The position numbers and the translations under genes were made by a program. The notes under the pieces are model-generated. The model searched no databases and was not told where the DNA came from. It saw only the letters and a program-made list of their open reading frames with translations. From positions 1 through 61,032 of the forward strand of contig CAWDOY010000035.1 in the NCBI GenBank assembly GCA_963803975.1: a DNA stretch of 61,032 nt, in the 5' to 3' direction. This stretch comes from an uncultured delta proteobacterium. Lineage in GTDB: Bacteria > Desulfobacterota > WTBG01 > CAIYCZ01. Below, piece after piece: positions 12,272 to 23,233 of this stretch (positions are counted from its first letter, which is position 1; every line of letters begins with the position of its first letter).

Positions 12272-14307
12272 GCTGGCAACGCGTACCGGTTTTAGTCACT
12301 GGCGCTGCCGGTTTTATCGGCTCTCATCTGGTGAGACGGCTGGTGAGCGAGGGGGCCGCGGTCAATGTTCTCCTGAAGAACGATGTTTCACGCTGGAGAC
12401 TGAAAGACCTGCTGGATCAGGTGACCGTATGGGAAAGCGACATCACCGACCTCGCCTCGCTGCAAAATATTTTTTCTAACTTTCAGCCCCGGGTAGTTTT
12501 TCACCTTGCCGCGCACGTGGATGTGACCCGCTCCTGGGATCTGGTGAGCCCCCTGGTGCAGCATAATATCCTGGGCACGGTCAATTTGCTGACCGCGCTG
12601 AAAGATACGAAGTTTACGTCATTTGTTTATACCGGCTCTTCAGAAGAATACGGCACGATGCCGCCCCCCCTGAAAGAAACACAGCGGGAAGCCCCCATTT
12701 CGCCGTACTCCTTTTCGAAACTATCAGGCACGCTCTTCTGCCAGATGGCTGCCAGGACCTTTGACCTTCCCGTAACCGTTCTCCGTTTATTCCCCACCTA
12801 CGGCCCGTCCCAGGAAGGCGCGATGTTCATCCCCTCTGCCATCCGCGAACTCCTCATCCGGCGGGAGTTTCACATGACGTCCGGCGAGCAGCGAAGGGAT
12901 TTTATCTATGTCGATGACGTGGTTGAAGCCTTTTTGCGGATCGCCCTCTGCAAAAAGGCTCGCGGAGAGGTTTTCAATGTGGGATCGGGCGCTCCCTGCA
13001 AATTAGCGGATGTCATTGAAATCATCACAAACCATATCGGAGGAGATCTGCGCGTCGTCCGGGGTGCTGTTCCCTGCAGAAAGGGAGAGGGGCCGGCGTG
13101 TTATTGCGACAACCGGAAGCTCCGGGAGTTCACCGGCTGGGCTCCGCGAGTATCGCTGGAAGAAGGGTTGCGGCGGACCATCGCGTGGTACCGGCAGTAT
13201 TACGCCGGAGGAACACGGCGGCCTTTCTCCGGAGTAATCAGCAGTATCATTATGAACAAACAAGAAACGCTGTTACAACTTTCCGCGGAAACTTATGACA
13301 TCGAACCCGGCCAGTCATATGTAATCGACCGGTTCCGGCCTGAAGATGCGTACGGCGTTGCGCGCTGTTTCTATGCTGTGTACGGAGACGCCTATTCTCT
13401 GGACACGGTCTACAGCCCTGAAACACTCATCCAGGCAAATGCCGATGGCAGGCTCTATTCCATCGTGGCGAGATCTTCCCGGGGAGACGTGCTGGGCCAC
13501 TGCGCGCTCTACCCCGCTCCGCAGTGCGCCTGCCTCTATGAGGAGGGGATGCTGGTGGTGGTCCCTGAATACCGCAACGGGGCAATAGCAAAACAGCTGG
13601 TGCGCTACGGGCTTGACGTTCTGGCACTGCAGGTGCCTGCGCAGGAGGTGTTCGGCAAGGCGGTCTGCAATCACACCATCTCGCAAAAAATTGGCGCAGA
13701 CTGCGGGTTTCTTGAAACAGCACTTGAACTTGATTACATCCCGGAAGAGGCCTATAAAAAGGAACAAAGCGCCACCGGGCCGGTTTCAGCTCTGTGGATG
13801 TTTCGCTCTTACCACGACCGGCCCCATGAGGTGTTTTTTCCTGAAACCTATGAGGAGATTCTTGGTTTTATCTATGCGGGGTTGTCAATCCGGAGGTCTT
13901 TGAGGGAAACCGCCGGCGCTTTCTTCCTTGAGCAGCCGTCCCGGGTGCAGCTGCGCTTTTTCGGACTGCAAAAAGTTGCCCGCATCTATGTTGAACTGAT
14001 CGGCAGCGACTTTGATATCACGATTGAGCGCCTTGAACAAACAGCCCGGGGCCAGGGAAGCACTATTATGCAGGTCTATCTGCCGCATGAATTGCCGCGC
14101 CTGCGGCAGCCGCAATCGAGAGCCTGCGGTCACAGGGGCTATTTCCTTGGCGGGGTGCTGCCCCGCTGGTTTGACGGGGATGGCCTGATGATGCAGAAAC
14201 TTTATGAAAAACCTCACTTTGACACCATCCGCCTCTATTCGCAGCGGGCGGAAAAACTTTTAGACTTTATCAGGCGTGACTGGAAAGAGGCTGCCGCGAA
14301 TCTATAA
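12268..14307 (+). CDS. NAD-dependent epimerase/dehydratase (about 315 aa) in frame with a GNAT-like domain protein (from 13252); a fusion, or two genes joined by a sequencing error
   Basis: N-half closely similar to 9551..10496; C-half has GNAT-like GHCAL...[16 protein letters not shown]...[10 protein letters not shown]. Confidence 0.7.
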   Translation: MSWQRVPVLVTGAAGFIGSHLVRRLVSEGAAVNVLLKNDVSRWRLKDLLDQVTVWESDITDLASLQNIFSNFQPRVVFHLAAHVDVTRSWDLVSPLVQHNILGTVNLLTALKDTKFTSFVYTGSSEEYGTMPPPLKETQREAPISPYSFSKLSGTLFCQMAARTFDLPVTVLRLFPTYGPSQEGAMFIPSAIRELLIRREFHMTSGEQRRDFIYVDDVVEAFLRIALCKKARGEVFNVGSGAPCKLADVIEIITNHIGGDLRVVRGAVPCRKGEGPACYCDNRKLREFTGWAPRVSLEEGLRRTIAWYRQYYAGGTRRPFSGVISSIIMNKQETLLQLSAETYDIEPGQSYVIDRFRPEDAYGVARCFYAVYGDAYSLDTVYSPETLIQANADGRLYSIVARSSRGDVLGHCALYPAPQCACLYEEGMLVVVPEYRNGAIAKQLVRYGLDVLALQVPAQEVFGKAVCNHTISQKIGADCGFLETALELDYIPEEAYKKEQSATGPVSALWMFRSYHDRPHEVFFPETYEEILGFIYAGLSIRRSLRETAGAFFLEQPSRVQLRFFGLQKVARIYVELIGSDFDITIERLEQTARGQGSTIMQVYLPHELPRLRQPQSRACGHRGYFLGGVLPRWFDGDGLMMQKLYEKPHFDTIRLYSQRAEKLLDFIRRDWKEAAANL

Positions 14308-14351
14308 CCAGCCCCGGTGATGTATCCCCCTCTACCTGGCTGTTAATTACA

Positions 14352-14380
14352 TTGACATACCACGGGATTTTACTTATAAT
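14352..14380 (+). promoter_or_regulatory. Consensus sigma70 promoter
   Basis: TTGACA-17 nt-TATAAT, about 30 nt upstream of the ORF at 14412. Confidence 0.8.
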
Positions 14381-14411
14381 TTTCTTAAATAATCAAAACG
14401 GATATTAAATT

Positions 14412-14924
14412 ATGCCTATGAAATACAGGACTGTTCTACGCTTAGCGCTGCTCGTCATGTTTTTAATGCCATACGCTGCACAGGCTGAAGTTCCCCGGCC
14501 GGGACTGGCAGGGGCAACCTTTGCTACCATGGTGCTGCTCCCCGGTGACTCAAAATCAGTTGAAATGGAATATGAGTACGTGCTGTTCCGGGATGGCTCG
14601 TTCAACATGACATTTATCTCCGCGGTTATTCCTGACAACCAAATCCATTTCCTGCGCATTAATCTCACCCCCCGCATAGACCGGGCGGCTGATATCGGAT
14701 ATTTCTCTGCCGGCGGTTTCGTCTATACAAATACCAGCGAGGGAAAGTCAGGCTTCCTGCAATTTCTTGAACCGCGGCTCACCTACGGCACTGATACCGT
14801 CAGCTATACTATCGACGTGTACCCCACCGTGAGCGTCGGCGTCGTCTTTTCTGCTGTTATGGTCGAATACCAGGATTTCGATTTTCCCTTCAAAATGACT
14901 CTGACGGCCACGCTGTCAAATTAA
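14412..14924 (+). CDS. Hypothetical exported protein
   Basis: Signal peptide ending AAQA; beta-rich mature part. Confidence 0.7.
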   Translation: MPMKYRTVLRLALLVMFLMPYAAQAEVPRPGLAGATFATMVLLPGDSKSVEMEYEYVLFRDGSFNMTFISAVIPDNQIHFLRINLTPRIDRAADIGYFSAGGFVYTNTSEGKSGFLQFLEPRLTYGTDTVSYTIDVYPTVSVGVVFSAVMVEYQDFDFPFKMTLTATLSN

Positions 14925-14927
14925 CGG

Positions 14928-17900
14928 TTGAGCCCCAGCATGCATCGCTACCGCCTGTCTGCCATACTATTAAATGTAAGAACCCGCCGGGTTCTCATGC
15001 TCGTCATGTGCATGACTGGATTCCTCATGGCGGCGTCACCAGTACCTGCCCAGACTCCAGCAACCGGCAGCGGCTGGCTCACCTTTCGCGGCAACCCTGC
15101 CCACACCGGCACCAGTGACCTTGAAGGCCCGGCCGGCCCGGCAAACGCCATTGAAGTGAAATGGCGCTGGCAGGTCAATGGCCGGCGTGACCCGATAAGC
15201 GCTTCCCCTGCGGTGACCCAGGACGGGACTGTTATTATCGGCACCGAGGGCGGCTACATAGCCGCTATCGAGCCTGAGGGAACAATGAGCTGGTCCATGA
15301 GCCTGGGAAGCCCGATTCTTTCTTCCCCTGCGGTGGATGACAGCGGCAATATCTTTGTAGTAACCAGTGACGGGTATCTCTATTTCATTGCCCTCAGGCG
15401 GCATTACCATCTGGCAGTCGGACTTTGACCGGAGCGTTTCCTCCTCGCCGGTTATTTCCGGCAGTGATGCCTACTTTGGAACAGATTACGATGAGCTGCT
15501 GACCATTAATTTAAGTCCTGACATGAGCCACTCGGGCGACAGTAAAAAACTCCCGTCCTACTCTGTTCGCAAGTCTTCCTTTCTCACCAAGGGCAATGTC
15601 CACTCCTCTCCCGCGTTTTCCGGAAGCACGGTCTTTTTCGGCAGCGGCGAGTATCTGTATGCCTTAAATCCCAATGCGGGAAGTTCCGGCGGAGGAACGG
15701 GCACTACCACCACCGCCATCAATGGCGGCGGCGGTTCCGGTTCAACCCCCGTGAATCCGGTAAAATGGTGGTTCCGGGCTGATGATGATGTGAACTCTTC
15801 CCCGGCGGTCTCCAATGGAAAAGTTTATGTGGGAGCTGATGACGGCTATCTCTATGCGTTCAGTGAAAATAAAACCAGCACGCAGACTCAAGCCCTGTTC
15901 CCCGGGCTTGAGACCGGCCTGCAGTGGAGTGTGCTGGCAACCAATACCACCAATGAGCCGCTCTGGAAAAGAAAAGCCGGGGGGAAAATCCGCTCCTCAC
16001 CCGCGGTCACCCCTCCCATAACATCCACTGTTTTCACGGCGGCCGCTGCCGCGACAAGAGAGCTGATCTATGTCGGCTCGGATAACGGCTACCTCTATTG
16101 CTATGATGACGCCGGTCAGCTGAAATGGAAGTTTTCCGCCGGCAGCCCCATACAGTCTTCACCGGCAATCGACAAAAACGGGGACATCTACTTCGGGGCT
16201 GATAATGGCAACATCTATGCCCTGTTCTCTGACGGCGCGCTCAAATGGATATACCCGACCCTCGGACCGGTGCGCTCATCGCCCGCTATCGGCCCGGACA
16301 AAAGAATCTATGTGGGCTCGGATGACGGCTATCTCTACTGCATCGGCGAGAGTGATGAAGAGAACCGGGAGCCTGATTTTGTTATTGAAAATGCTGCCAG
16401 CCCGGACTCCATAGAAAATGACGACAACCCGACCATCATCACCACGGCCGTGACCTCTCAATCCGAGTGACACCAATATCCTGAGCCGCATCGCCTCGGT
16501 CACCGCTGACCTCACGCCCGCTGCTGCTTACCGGGTATTATCGACCCGGACACCCTGGAGATAGCTGATATTACCACGGTCACCATGCTGGATGACGGGA
16601 CCAGGGAGAAGATGCTGCCGCGCGTGACGGCATATTTACCTTTGCCTTCGGCATCACCGTAGCGCCGGAAAATATCGACTACGATCCTGATTCAGCGGCA
16701 TTTTCACCTACTATCTGCCGGAAGAGTTTGATTAAGTCGGCCCGGTTCCCGATCATGATAACGGTGCAAGACATTTACGGCCACCGGGTAAGCAAACCAT
16801 TTCCGTTAAAAATCGCGCAGAAAACGACGGGGCTCTTTACCGCCGGAAACAGCGCTTGACACCCCGCTTTTATAAACAACCGGCTGAGCCAGCAGACGCT
16901 TGATATTTCTTTCAGTTCAGGAACGCCCAGCATTCAGACCATCGTGCCGTTCCAGGGAGCGCCCGGGCTAGTGCCGATCGCCATCCAGGGCCTGAATACC
17001 AATTTCATAAAAAACCGCACCCGGGTGGAAATCTTTAATGATGCCGGAATACGGATTGCCAAGGCCGAGCCGGTTCCCGGCACCAACGAAGTGGAGGTGT
17101 TGAGTGATACCTCGCTCACTGCGCTGCTCACCATAAGTGACCCCAGCCAGGTCACGTCCGGCAACCTGTTCGGCACCTGGGACGTGATTGTTACGACGCC
17201 TTTCACAGCGGGAGCTGACTGCACGGTGGAGGGAGCCTGTGAAATTGTTATCGCGCGCAATGCTTTTACCATCACCAGCAGTGCCACGACAACATCCGCG
17301 TCAACAACCGACAGATACCGCTGCTTCCGGCATTCTCATCAGACATGATGACGGTGCTGCAGGACGAATGCAACTTTACCCTGGATGCGTTAAATGCCGC
17401 GGGGGCGTCCGCAATGATTCGCCGTGGATATTCAACAGCGGCTACGAGCGCACCATCACGATTGACCGGGCCGCGGGCGGCGCATGGCTGCTCGATATTA
17501 CTCTTGGCGACTTGCGATGATAACCAATCATTTAAAATTATTGCCGAGGGCAGCAATGACGGCTACGTGACCGGACAGGTAACCAACGGCTACACCAGCA
17601 ACCGGATCGATGGCGTTACCATCACCGCGCTGACCGGTGAGGGCCCTGCTGCCGCAGGCAATTCCACGGTATCATCAGGCGGCGGCTACTACATGCTGCC
17701 CCTGCCTGCCGTCAGGGATAAATATACTATTATTGCCTCAAAGGACGGGCTGGTTAATATTAAAGATGATGTGCTGGTCACGGCGGACCAGGAGACGCGC
17801 CAGGATTTTACCCTCAAGGCTGAGTTAAAGTGCCCTATTACCACGGCGCTCCAGGGGGGGAATCTGAAAAACTTCTACGCAATGCGCGACCGGCTGCTGC

Positions 17901-18189
17901 TCACAAGCGCACAGGGACAGCGCTGGGTGGCCCTCTATTACCGCTACGCCCCTGAGGTGACCGGCATTATACTCGAATAACGCTGCCTTCAGGAAACAGG
18001 CCACGGCTTTTATTGCAAGCGCTTCCCTTGAGGCAGGAAAGACTGATGCGCGGGGAAAAGGTGGATGGCGGTTTAAAGAGCAGGCTGGCGGCGTTAATAG
18101 AGACCCTCAGGAAACAGGCAAGCCCGGAACTGCGGCAGGCTTTGAGCGCGGAAAAAGAAGCAATCCTTTCATTTCTCCGGACTGAGTAG
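14928..18189 (+). CDS. Large secreted protein: PQQ-like beta-propeller repeats, Ig-like or carboxypeptidase-regulatory-like domain and CFI-box-CTERM-like C-terminus; many frameshifts
   Basis: Repeated SSPA(V/I)...YVGSDDGYLY...W motifs; VTGQVTNGYTSNRIDGVTI; C-terminal CPITTAL...RDRLLLTSAQGQRWVALYYRYAPEV; TAG at 18189. Confidence 0.7.
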
Positions 18190-18228
18190 AAAAATCCCTT
18201 CCCTAAGAAAATAATCATAGCTTCCCGT

Positions 18229-18256
18229 CGTCATTGCGGGCGAGCGCGGCAATCTC
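18229..18256. repeat. Short REP-like palindrome
   Basis: CGTCATTGCG...GCAATCTC between convergent genes. Confidence 0.5.
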
Positions 18257-18267
18257 AAACGCTCTCC

Positions 18268-18630
18268 TCACTTACCGATTACAATAACCTTCGTTACCTC
18301 GATCACTTGCTCGGTTATCTCCCTGAACGTCCCGGCTTCCGGGATACTTCTATTTCTCGTGTAGAGCCTTCCGCTGATCTTAATTTTCGATTTGTCTTTG
18401 AGCGCTGCCAGGTCCTTCGCGCGCTCGCCGCTGACGACAATAATACCCGCCGCTGGCCATAATCGCTGGCCCTGAAAAGGGATGATCCAGGCATCTTTCA
18501 CGTAGACACCTTCTATGGTAATCTCTTCAGCTGTTGCTGTTTTCATAGCGCACCCGCTCAATGTTATGACAATGCTGCAGACTGCCAGGTGTAGCAGCAG
18601 AAGCTTTGCTGATTTCATTTCATACCTCAT
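18268..18630 (-). CDS. Putative lipoprotein
   Basis: Hydrophobic signal with LSGC lipobox; OB-fold-like KIKISGRL segment. Confidence 0.65.
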   Translation of the reverse strand: MRYEMKSAKLLLLHLAVCSIVITLSGCAMKTATAEEITIEGVYVKDAWIIPFQGQRLWPAAGIIVVSGERAKDLAALKDKSKIKISGRLYTRNRSIPEAGTFREITEQVIEVTKVIVIGK

Positions 18631-18631
18631 A

Positions 18632-18710
18632 AAGTTTAGAAGTTAGAGGAGTTGAGGAGTTTGGGAGAAAAAAATCCGGCACCCGCAACTCCTTAACTCT
18701 TAAAACTCTA
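18632..18710. repeat. Inverted short-period (about 8 nt) tandem repeat tract
   Basis: (R)AGTT units on the left arm, AACTC units on the right arm. Confidence 0.6.
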
Positions 18711-18751
18711 CGACTTTCTTTCCTTCTGTCATCTGTCTTCTATTCTATTGC

Positions 18752-20002
18752 CTATTGCCTGCTGCCTGTTCCCTGTTTTCTGATCGCTTTTATCCTTTCC
18801 AGAACCGGCGGATGGCTGTAGCTCAGGAATACCTTCAGCGGATGCGGGGTAAGATTGGAAAGGTTGTCAACGCTCAGTTTTTTCAGCGCGGTAATCATTG
18901 CTTCGGGTTTGCGATAGGTGGTGGCCGCGTAGGCATCCGCTTCATACTCATGTTTTCGTGAGAGCATGGTGCCGGCAATGGAGAGCACCATCTCGATGGG
19001 CGCGTAGAGAAAGCCGAAAAAGAGCAGGCTCGCATAGATTGAGGTGTGCTCCATCCTGAATGCGGCAAAGAGCCCCTTATTATTGATAAACAGCGACATG
19101 ATAAAAAACATCAGCCCGGTCGTCGCGATGGATATAAGAACAGATTTTAAAATATGTTTTTTCCGGTAATGGCCCATCTCATGGGCAAGCACCGACACCA
19201 GCTCATCAACCGTCTGTTTTTCAATCAGGGTGTCAAACAGCACAATGCGCCGGAACCGGCCGAAGCCGGTGAAGAAGGCGTTGGATTTGCTGGAGCGCTT
19301 TGATGCGTCCATCGTGAAGACACCCTTCATCTTGAATGCTTGAGCGCGGGCATACTCCTCAATGGCTGCTTTCAGCTCGCTCTCCTTAAGGGGAATAAAC
19401 TTGTTGAAGAGCGGCATGATGACGACCGGCGCGATGAAGCTGAGAAACAGCTGTATCACGGTCACCGCTCCCCAGCAGTAGAGCCAGGCCCAGGGGCCGG
19501 TCTTTTCAAAAAACCAGAGGATAACCGAGAACACTATTCCGCCGATGAGGGCGGTGAGCAGCCAGCCTTTCAGGATATCGAGGATAAAGGTCTTAACCGT
19601 GGTCCGGTTAAAGCCGTACTTCTCCTCTATCACAAAGGTGGCATAGGCTGAAAAAGGAATATGAATGAGCTGCGAGACGAACAGCAGGATGCCGGTAAAA
19701 ACAAGCCCGGTGGGAATCGGCCCCAGATTGAAACTTCGGGCCAGCGCATCAACATAATTAAAACCGCCCAGCAGTATAAAGGCAATGGTGAGCGGAGTAA
19801 AGAGCGTTTCCGTGATAAGACCGAACCGGGTGTTTTCTTTCAGGTAGCGCTGCGCGGTCTGGTATTTTTCAGCATCATAGTAGCCGGCAAACTCTTCAGG
19901 CAGCTCGGTTTTGAGATGCCGTATGTTCAGAATTTCAACGACAACGTCAAGGATATAACTGCCGATTAAAATGGCCAGAATAAAAATAAGATAGGCGTTC
20001 AT
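18752..20002 (-). CDS. M48 family metallopeptidase (Ste24/CAAX prenyl protease-like)
   Basis: IEEKYGFN, SNAFFTGFG, LFDTL, HEMGH, EYEADAYA, SHPP. Confidence 0.95.
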   Translation of the reverse strand: MNAYLIFILAILIGSYILDVVVEILNIRHLKTELPEEFAGYYDAEKYQTAQRYLKENTRFGLITETLFTPLTIAFILLGGFNYVDALARSFNLGPIPTGLVFTGILLFVSQLIHIPFSAYATFVIEEKYGFNRTTVKTFILDILKGWLLTALIGGIVFSVILWFFEKTGPWAWLYCWGAVTVIQLFLSFIAPVVIMPLFNKFIPLKESELKAAIEEYARAQAFKMKGVFTMDASKRSSKSNAFFTGFGRFRRIVLFDTLIEKQTVDELVSVLAHEMGHYRKKHILKSVLISIATTGLMFFIMSLFINNKGLFAAFRMEHTSIYASLLFFGFLYAPIEMVLSIAGTMLSRKHEYEADAYAATTYRKPEAMITALKKLSVDNLSNLTPHPLKVFLSYSHPPVLERIKAIRKQGTGSRQ

Positions 20003-20045
20003 GATCAGTCCCTACGGGAAGTAATAGCAATACAGAAGGTCTTTA

Positions 20046-20203
20046 ATGCACTGCGGAAGTCAGCAGATCAGTTGATAAGTTCAGCGAGTTCGAACTTCGG
20101 GAAGTTATCGGACTCAGCAGACAACTAGCAGAATCGGGACAGGCCGTCCAAAGGCCTATCTGCTCAGTGCATCCACCGCAGTGACTGTGTCAGTGCCGTC
20201 ACT
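20046..20203. ncRNA. Candidate structured RNA or DNA element upstream of the M48 peptidase gene
   Basis: ATGCACTG+AGCAGAT (20046-20068) pairs with ATCTGCTCAGTGCAT (20158-20172); inner hairpin GAGTTCGA/TCGGACTC; alternative helix CACTGCGG/CCGCAGTG. Confidence 0.35.
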
Positions 20204-20330
20204 CGTGCTGATAACAGTTCAAACTTGATGAAAGAAGCAAAAATGATAGAGAGAGCGGGTTTTTTATTTGATAAATTTTAAAAGCCGGTTAAAATTTAAA
20301 ACATAAGAACCGCAGTTCACAGAGGTCATG

Positions 20331-20407
20331 GGTTTGAAGAGTTAAGGAGTCGCGAGTTCTGGAGTTTGTTAACTCCTAAACTCCTCGACTCCGTAACTTA
20401 TAAACTC
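20331..20407. repeat. Inverted short-period (about 8 nt) tandem repeat tract
   Basis: GAGTT units then AACTC units. Confidence 0.6.
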
Positions 20408-20463
20408 AATGTTCTCTGCGGTTATTTTTTTAACAGAATATCTTAAGCAAGGAGGGATTAATC

Positions 20464-20993
20464 ATGCTGACACCTCATGTTATAATTTTCAGAATTATTT
20501 CAGCCTGTGTATTCGTGATGAGTCTGTTCTGTTTCTACCGGCCATGACTTCTGCCATGGAAATTACCAGCCAGGATTTCAAAAACAACCAGCCCATGCCG
20601 GCCATTCACACCTGTGACGGCAATGATATATCTCCGCAGCTCTCATGGTCCGGCGCGCCGGCTGGAACAAAAAGTTTCGCCCTCACCTGCATCGATCCTG
20701 ACGCGCCATCAGGCGATTTCATCCACTGGCTCGTCTATGACATACCGGCAGGCATTACAACTTTTTCTCAGGGCGGACCGCTGCCTGCTGGTATAAAAGA
20801 AGCGGAAAATGATTTCGGCAAAAAAAGTTATGGCGGCCCCTGCCCGCCTTCAGGAACACACCGCTACATTTTCACCGTGTATGCTTTAAAAAAAGAAAAG
20901 CTGGAGGGTGTTACGAAGGACAATTTCCTGCAGAAAGTGAGCGAAAACCAGCTCGCAAAAGCGCTGCTAATCGGGCTCTACAAGCGGCGCTGA
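20464..20993 (+). CDS. YbhB/YbcL family (PEBP, Raf kinase inhibitor-like) protein; probable frameshift in the signal peptide
   Basis: SPQLSWS, DPDAP, FIHWLVYDIP, YGGPCPP, HRYIFTVYAL; RBS AAGGAGG before ATG 20464. Confidence 0.9.
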
Positions 20994-21344
20994 GCGCTGT
21001 CAAGCTTTTTTGCTGTGGAAAACAGTTTTTTTGCATTCGGCAAAATCAACAAAAATCGAGAAAATTTTATAACCAACTGAAATTACATCACTTATTTTCT
21101 GCTCAAAAATTGAGCAATGTGCATATTCCCCTTATTTAAAGCCCTCTTCCCTGCCTTGAAACCCCGGTTTTCCACAGGCATTTAACAGCTCCTGTGGATT
21201 GCATGACCGGTATATTGTTGCCACGCTTTACTGGAGCGCTCGCGAGGCCTTCAGACCTATTGACTGAATTAGTATGAACGTATTGATGAAATTAACTGAA
21301 ACTTATTCTGACTTCTGAATGCTGTCTTCTGAATTCTATTCATC

Positions 21345-23123
21345 ATGAAAGTCTGTTTACTCTTCCCCCCCATATCTGATCCGCGCGGCCCGCATCTCGC
21401 GCCTGCCGCTCTTGCCGCGGCTTTGCGCAAGGCAGGATGCGACGTGGTGCTGCAGGATCTTGATCTGAAGATGGCGCTCCACCTTCTTTCTCCTGACAAT
21501 CTCGCGGAGCATCTGCGCAAGGCAGAAGAAGTTTTAAAATCTCTTGCCAATCAAACCGGTGAAGATGACTGGGAGATACTTGCCTGGCGCCAGAAGCTCG
21601 GTCAAAGCATTGATGACGCACGGCCATTGATTCCCGGAATACCTGACTACCTCGCGCAGCTGCGCAGTGAAAAGTTTTATGACAGCGAATCCTACTTTAT
21701 CGCACGCCGCTCCATTGACAAGGTCCTTGCGCTTATCTGCGCGGTCTATGACCGGAGTCTGCACTATAAAATGGACGGCCAGTTCTTTGCCACCCGCTAC
21801 AAAGAGCATCGGCTCGATGAACTGCTGCAGGCGGTTGATGACGCGGAGAGAAATCTGTTCGGCCGGTTCTATCCGTCTGTTGTGATACCGGAAATCATCG
21901 CGGAGAAGCCTGACCTGGTGGGCATATCTATTCTTAATTTTCAGCAGGTCATCCCCGGCCTGACCCTGGCAAAACAGCTTAAAAGTAAAGGGCTGCGGGT
22001 GGTCATCGGCGGCACGGTCTATACTAAATTCGTGGACTCGCTGCGCTGCCGCGCCTGAGTTCTTCAAACTCTGTGATGCCGTGGTTGTGTACGAGGGGGA
22101 ATCCGCCCTCGTCACATTAACCAGGGCAATCGCGGAAAATCCCGCGCAGCCTGATCTGAAAAATATTCCCAACCTTATCTGGTTTGACGGAGAAAAAGTC
22201 CGGGTGAATGAGCCGTTTCATGCGGAGGATATCTCGCAGCTTCCCTGCCCTGACTTCAGTGGCCTGCCGCTCAACAACTATCTTGCTCCAGACGTGGTAC
22301 TTCCCTACAATCTCGGCAAAGGCTGCTACTGGAACAGCTGCCGGTTCTGCGAAATCTCCTATATCAATAACCTTCCCGGCAGCAGCTTCCGTGTAAAACC
22401 GGCCCAATTAATCGTTGACCAGCTTCAGGAGCTCTCGGAGCGCTATCATACGCCATACTTTCAGTTCACCGATGAATCATGCTCTCCGGAGCTTCTGGAA
22501 GAGATCGCGGATATTATCATTGCCCGGAACCTGAAGCTCTATTATCTTTGCTACGCGCGCCTTGAGCCGGGCTTTACCGTAGAGCGCCTGAAAAAACTGC
22601 GGCAGAGCGGCCTGCGAAAGCTCATGTTCGGCCTTGAATCAGGCTCGGATGAAACGCTGCAGAAAATCAACAAAGGTATCACGGCGCGCCAGGCTGAACA
22701 GGTTCTCAGTAATTGTGCCGAAGCCCGCGTCAATATCCGGCTGTTTGTGATACTGGGGTTCCCGGGCGAGACCCTGGAACAGGCATGGGAGACCAGGAAT
22801 TTCCTGCGCCGCGCTGCGCCAATACTTCGTGACCCGCTCAACAGCTTTGAGGTTAATCTGTTCCATCTGGACAGCAATTCCTGTTATGGTAAACTGCAGT
22901 GAGGAATTCGGCATCATCTGGTCGGGGAAAAAAGAAGGCGAATTTTATCTCGGCGGTGACCGGTTCACCTGCAGGGGCGGTATGGATAAGCGCACGCTTC
23001 ATCAGTTTATCGGCTGAAGTCAGAAAAGAGCTGTACACCCTGGCAGATGTTGCCCTGAAGCACAGCGGCTGGGAAGAATATTCTTTGCTGACGATATGCA
23101 ACAAAGAAAGTGCTGAGTTCTGA
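21345..23123 (+). CDS. B12-binding-domain radical SAM protein, frameshifts near 22050 and 22895
   Basis: PHLAPAALAAALR; PDLVGISI; GCYWNSCRFC; FTDE; GLESGS; GFPGET. Confidence 0.85.
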
Positions 23124-23207
23124 GTGCTGAGTTGAAAGTTTTAAGTTTTTAGTTACGCGTTGTGAGTGTTAAGCTACTCAGCACTCGTTACTCGTAACTC
23201 GTTACTA
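23110..23207. repeat. Inverted heptamer tandem repeat tract
   Basis: GTGCTGA/GTTCTGA units then ACTCAGC/ACTCGTT units. Confidence 0.65.
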
Positions 23208-23233
23208 ATCAAGAATACTATTGAGGGCATCCT

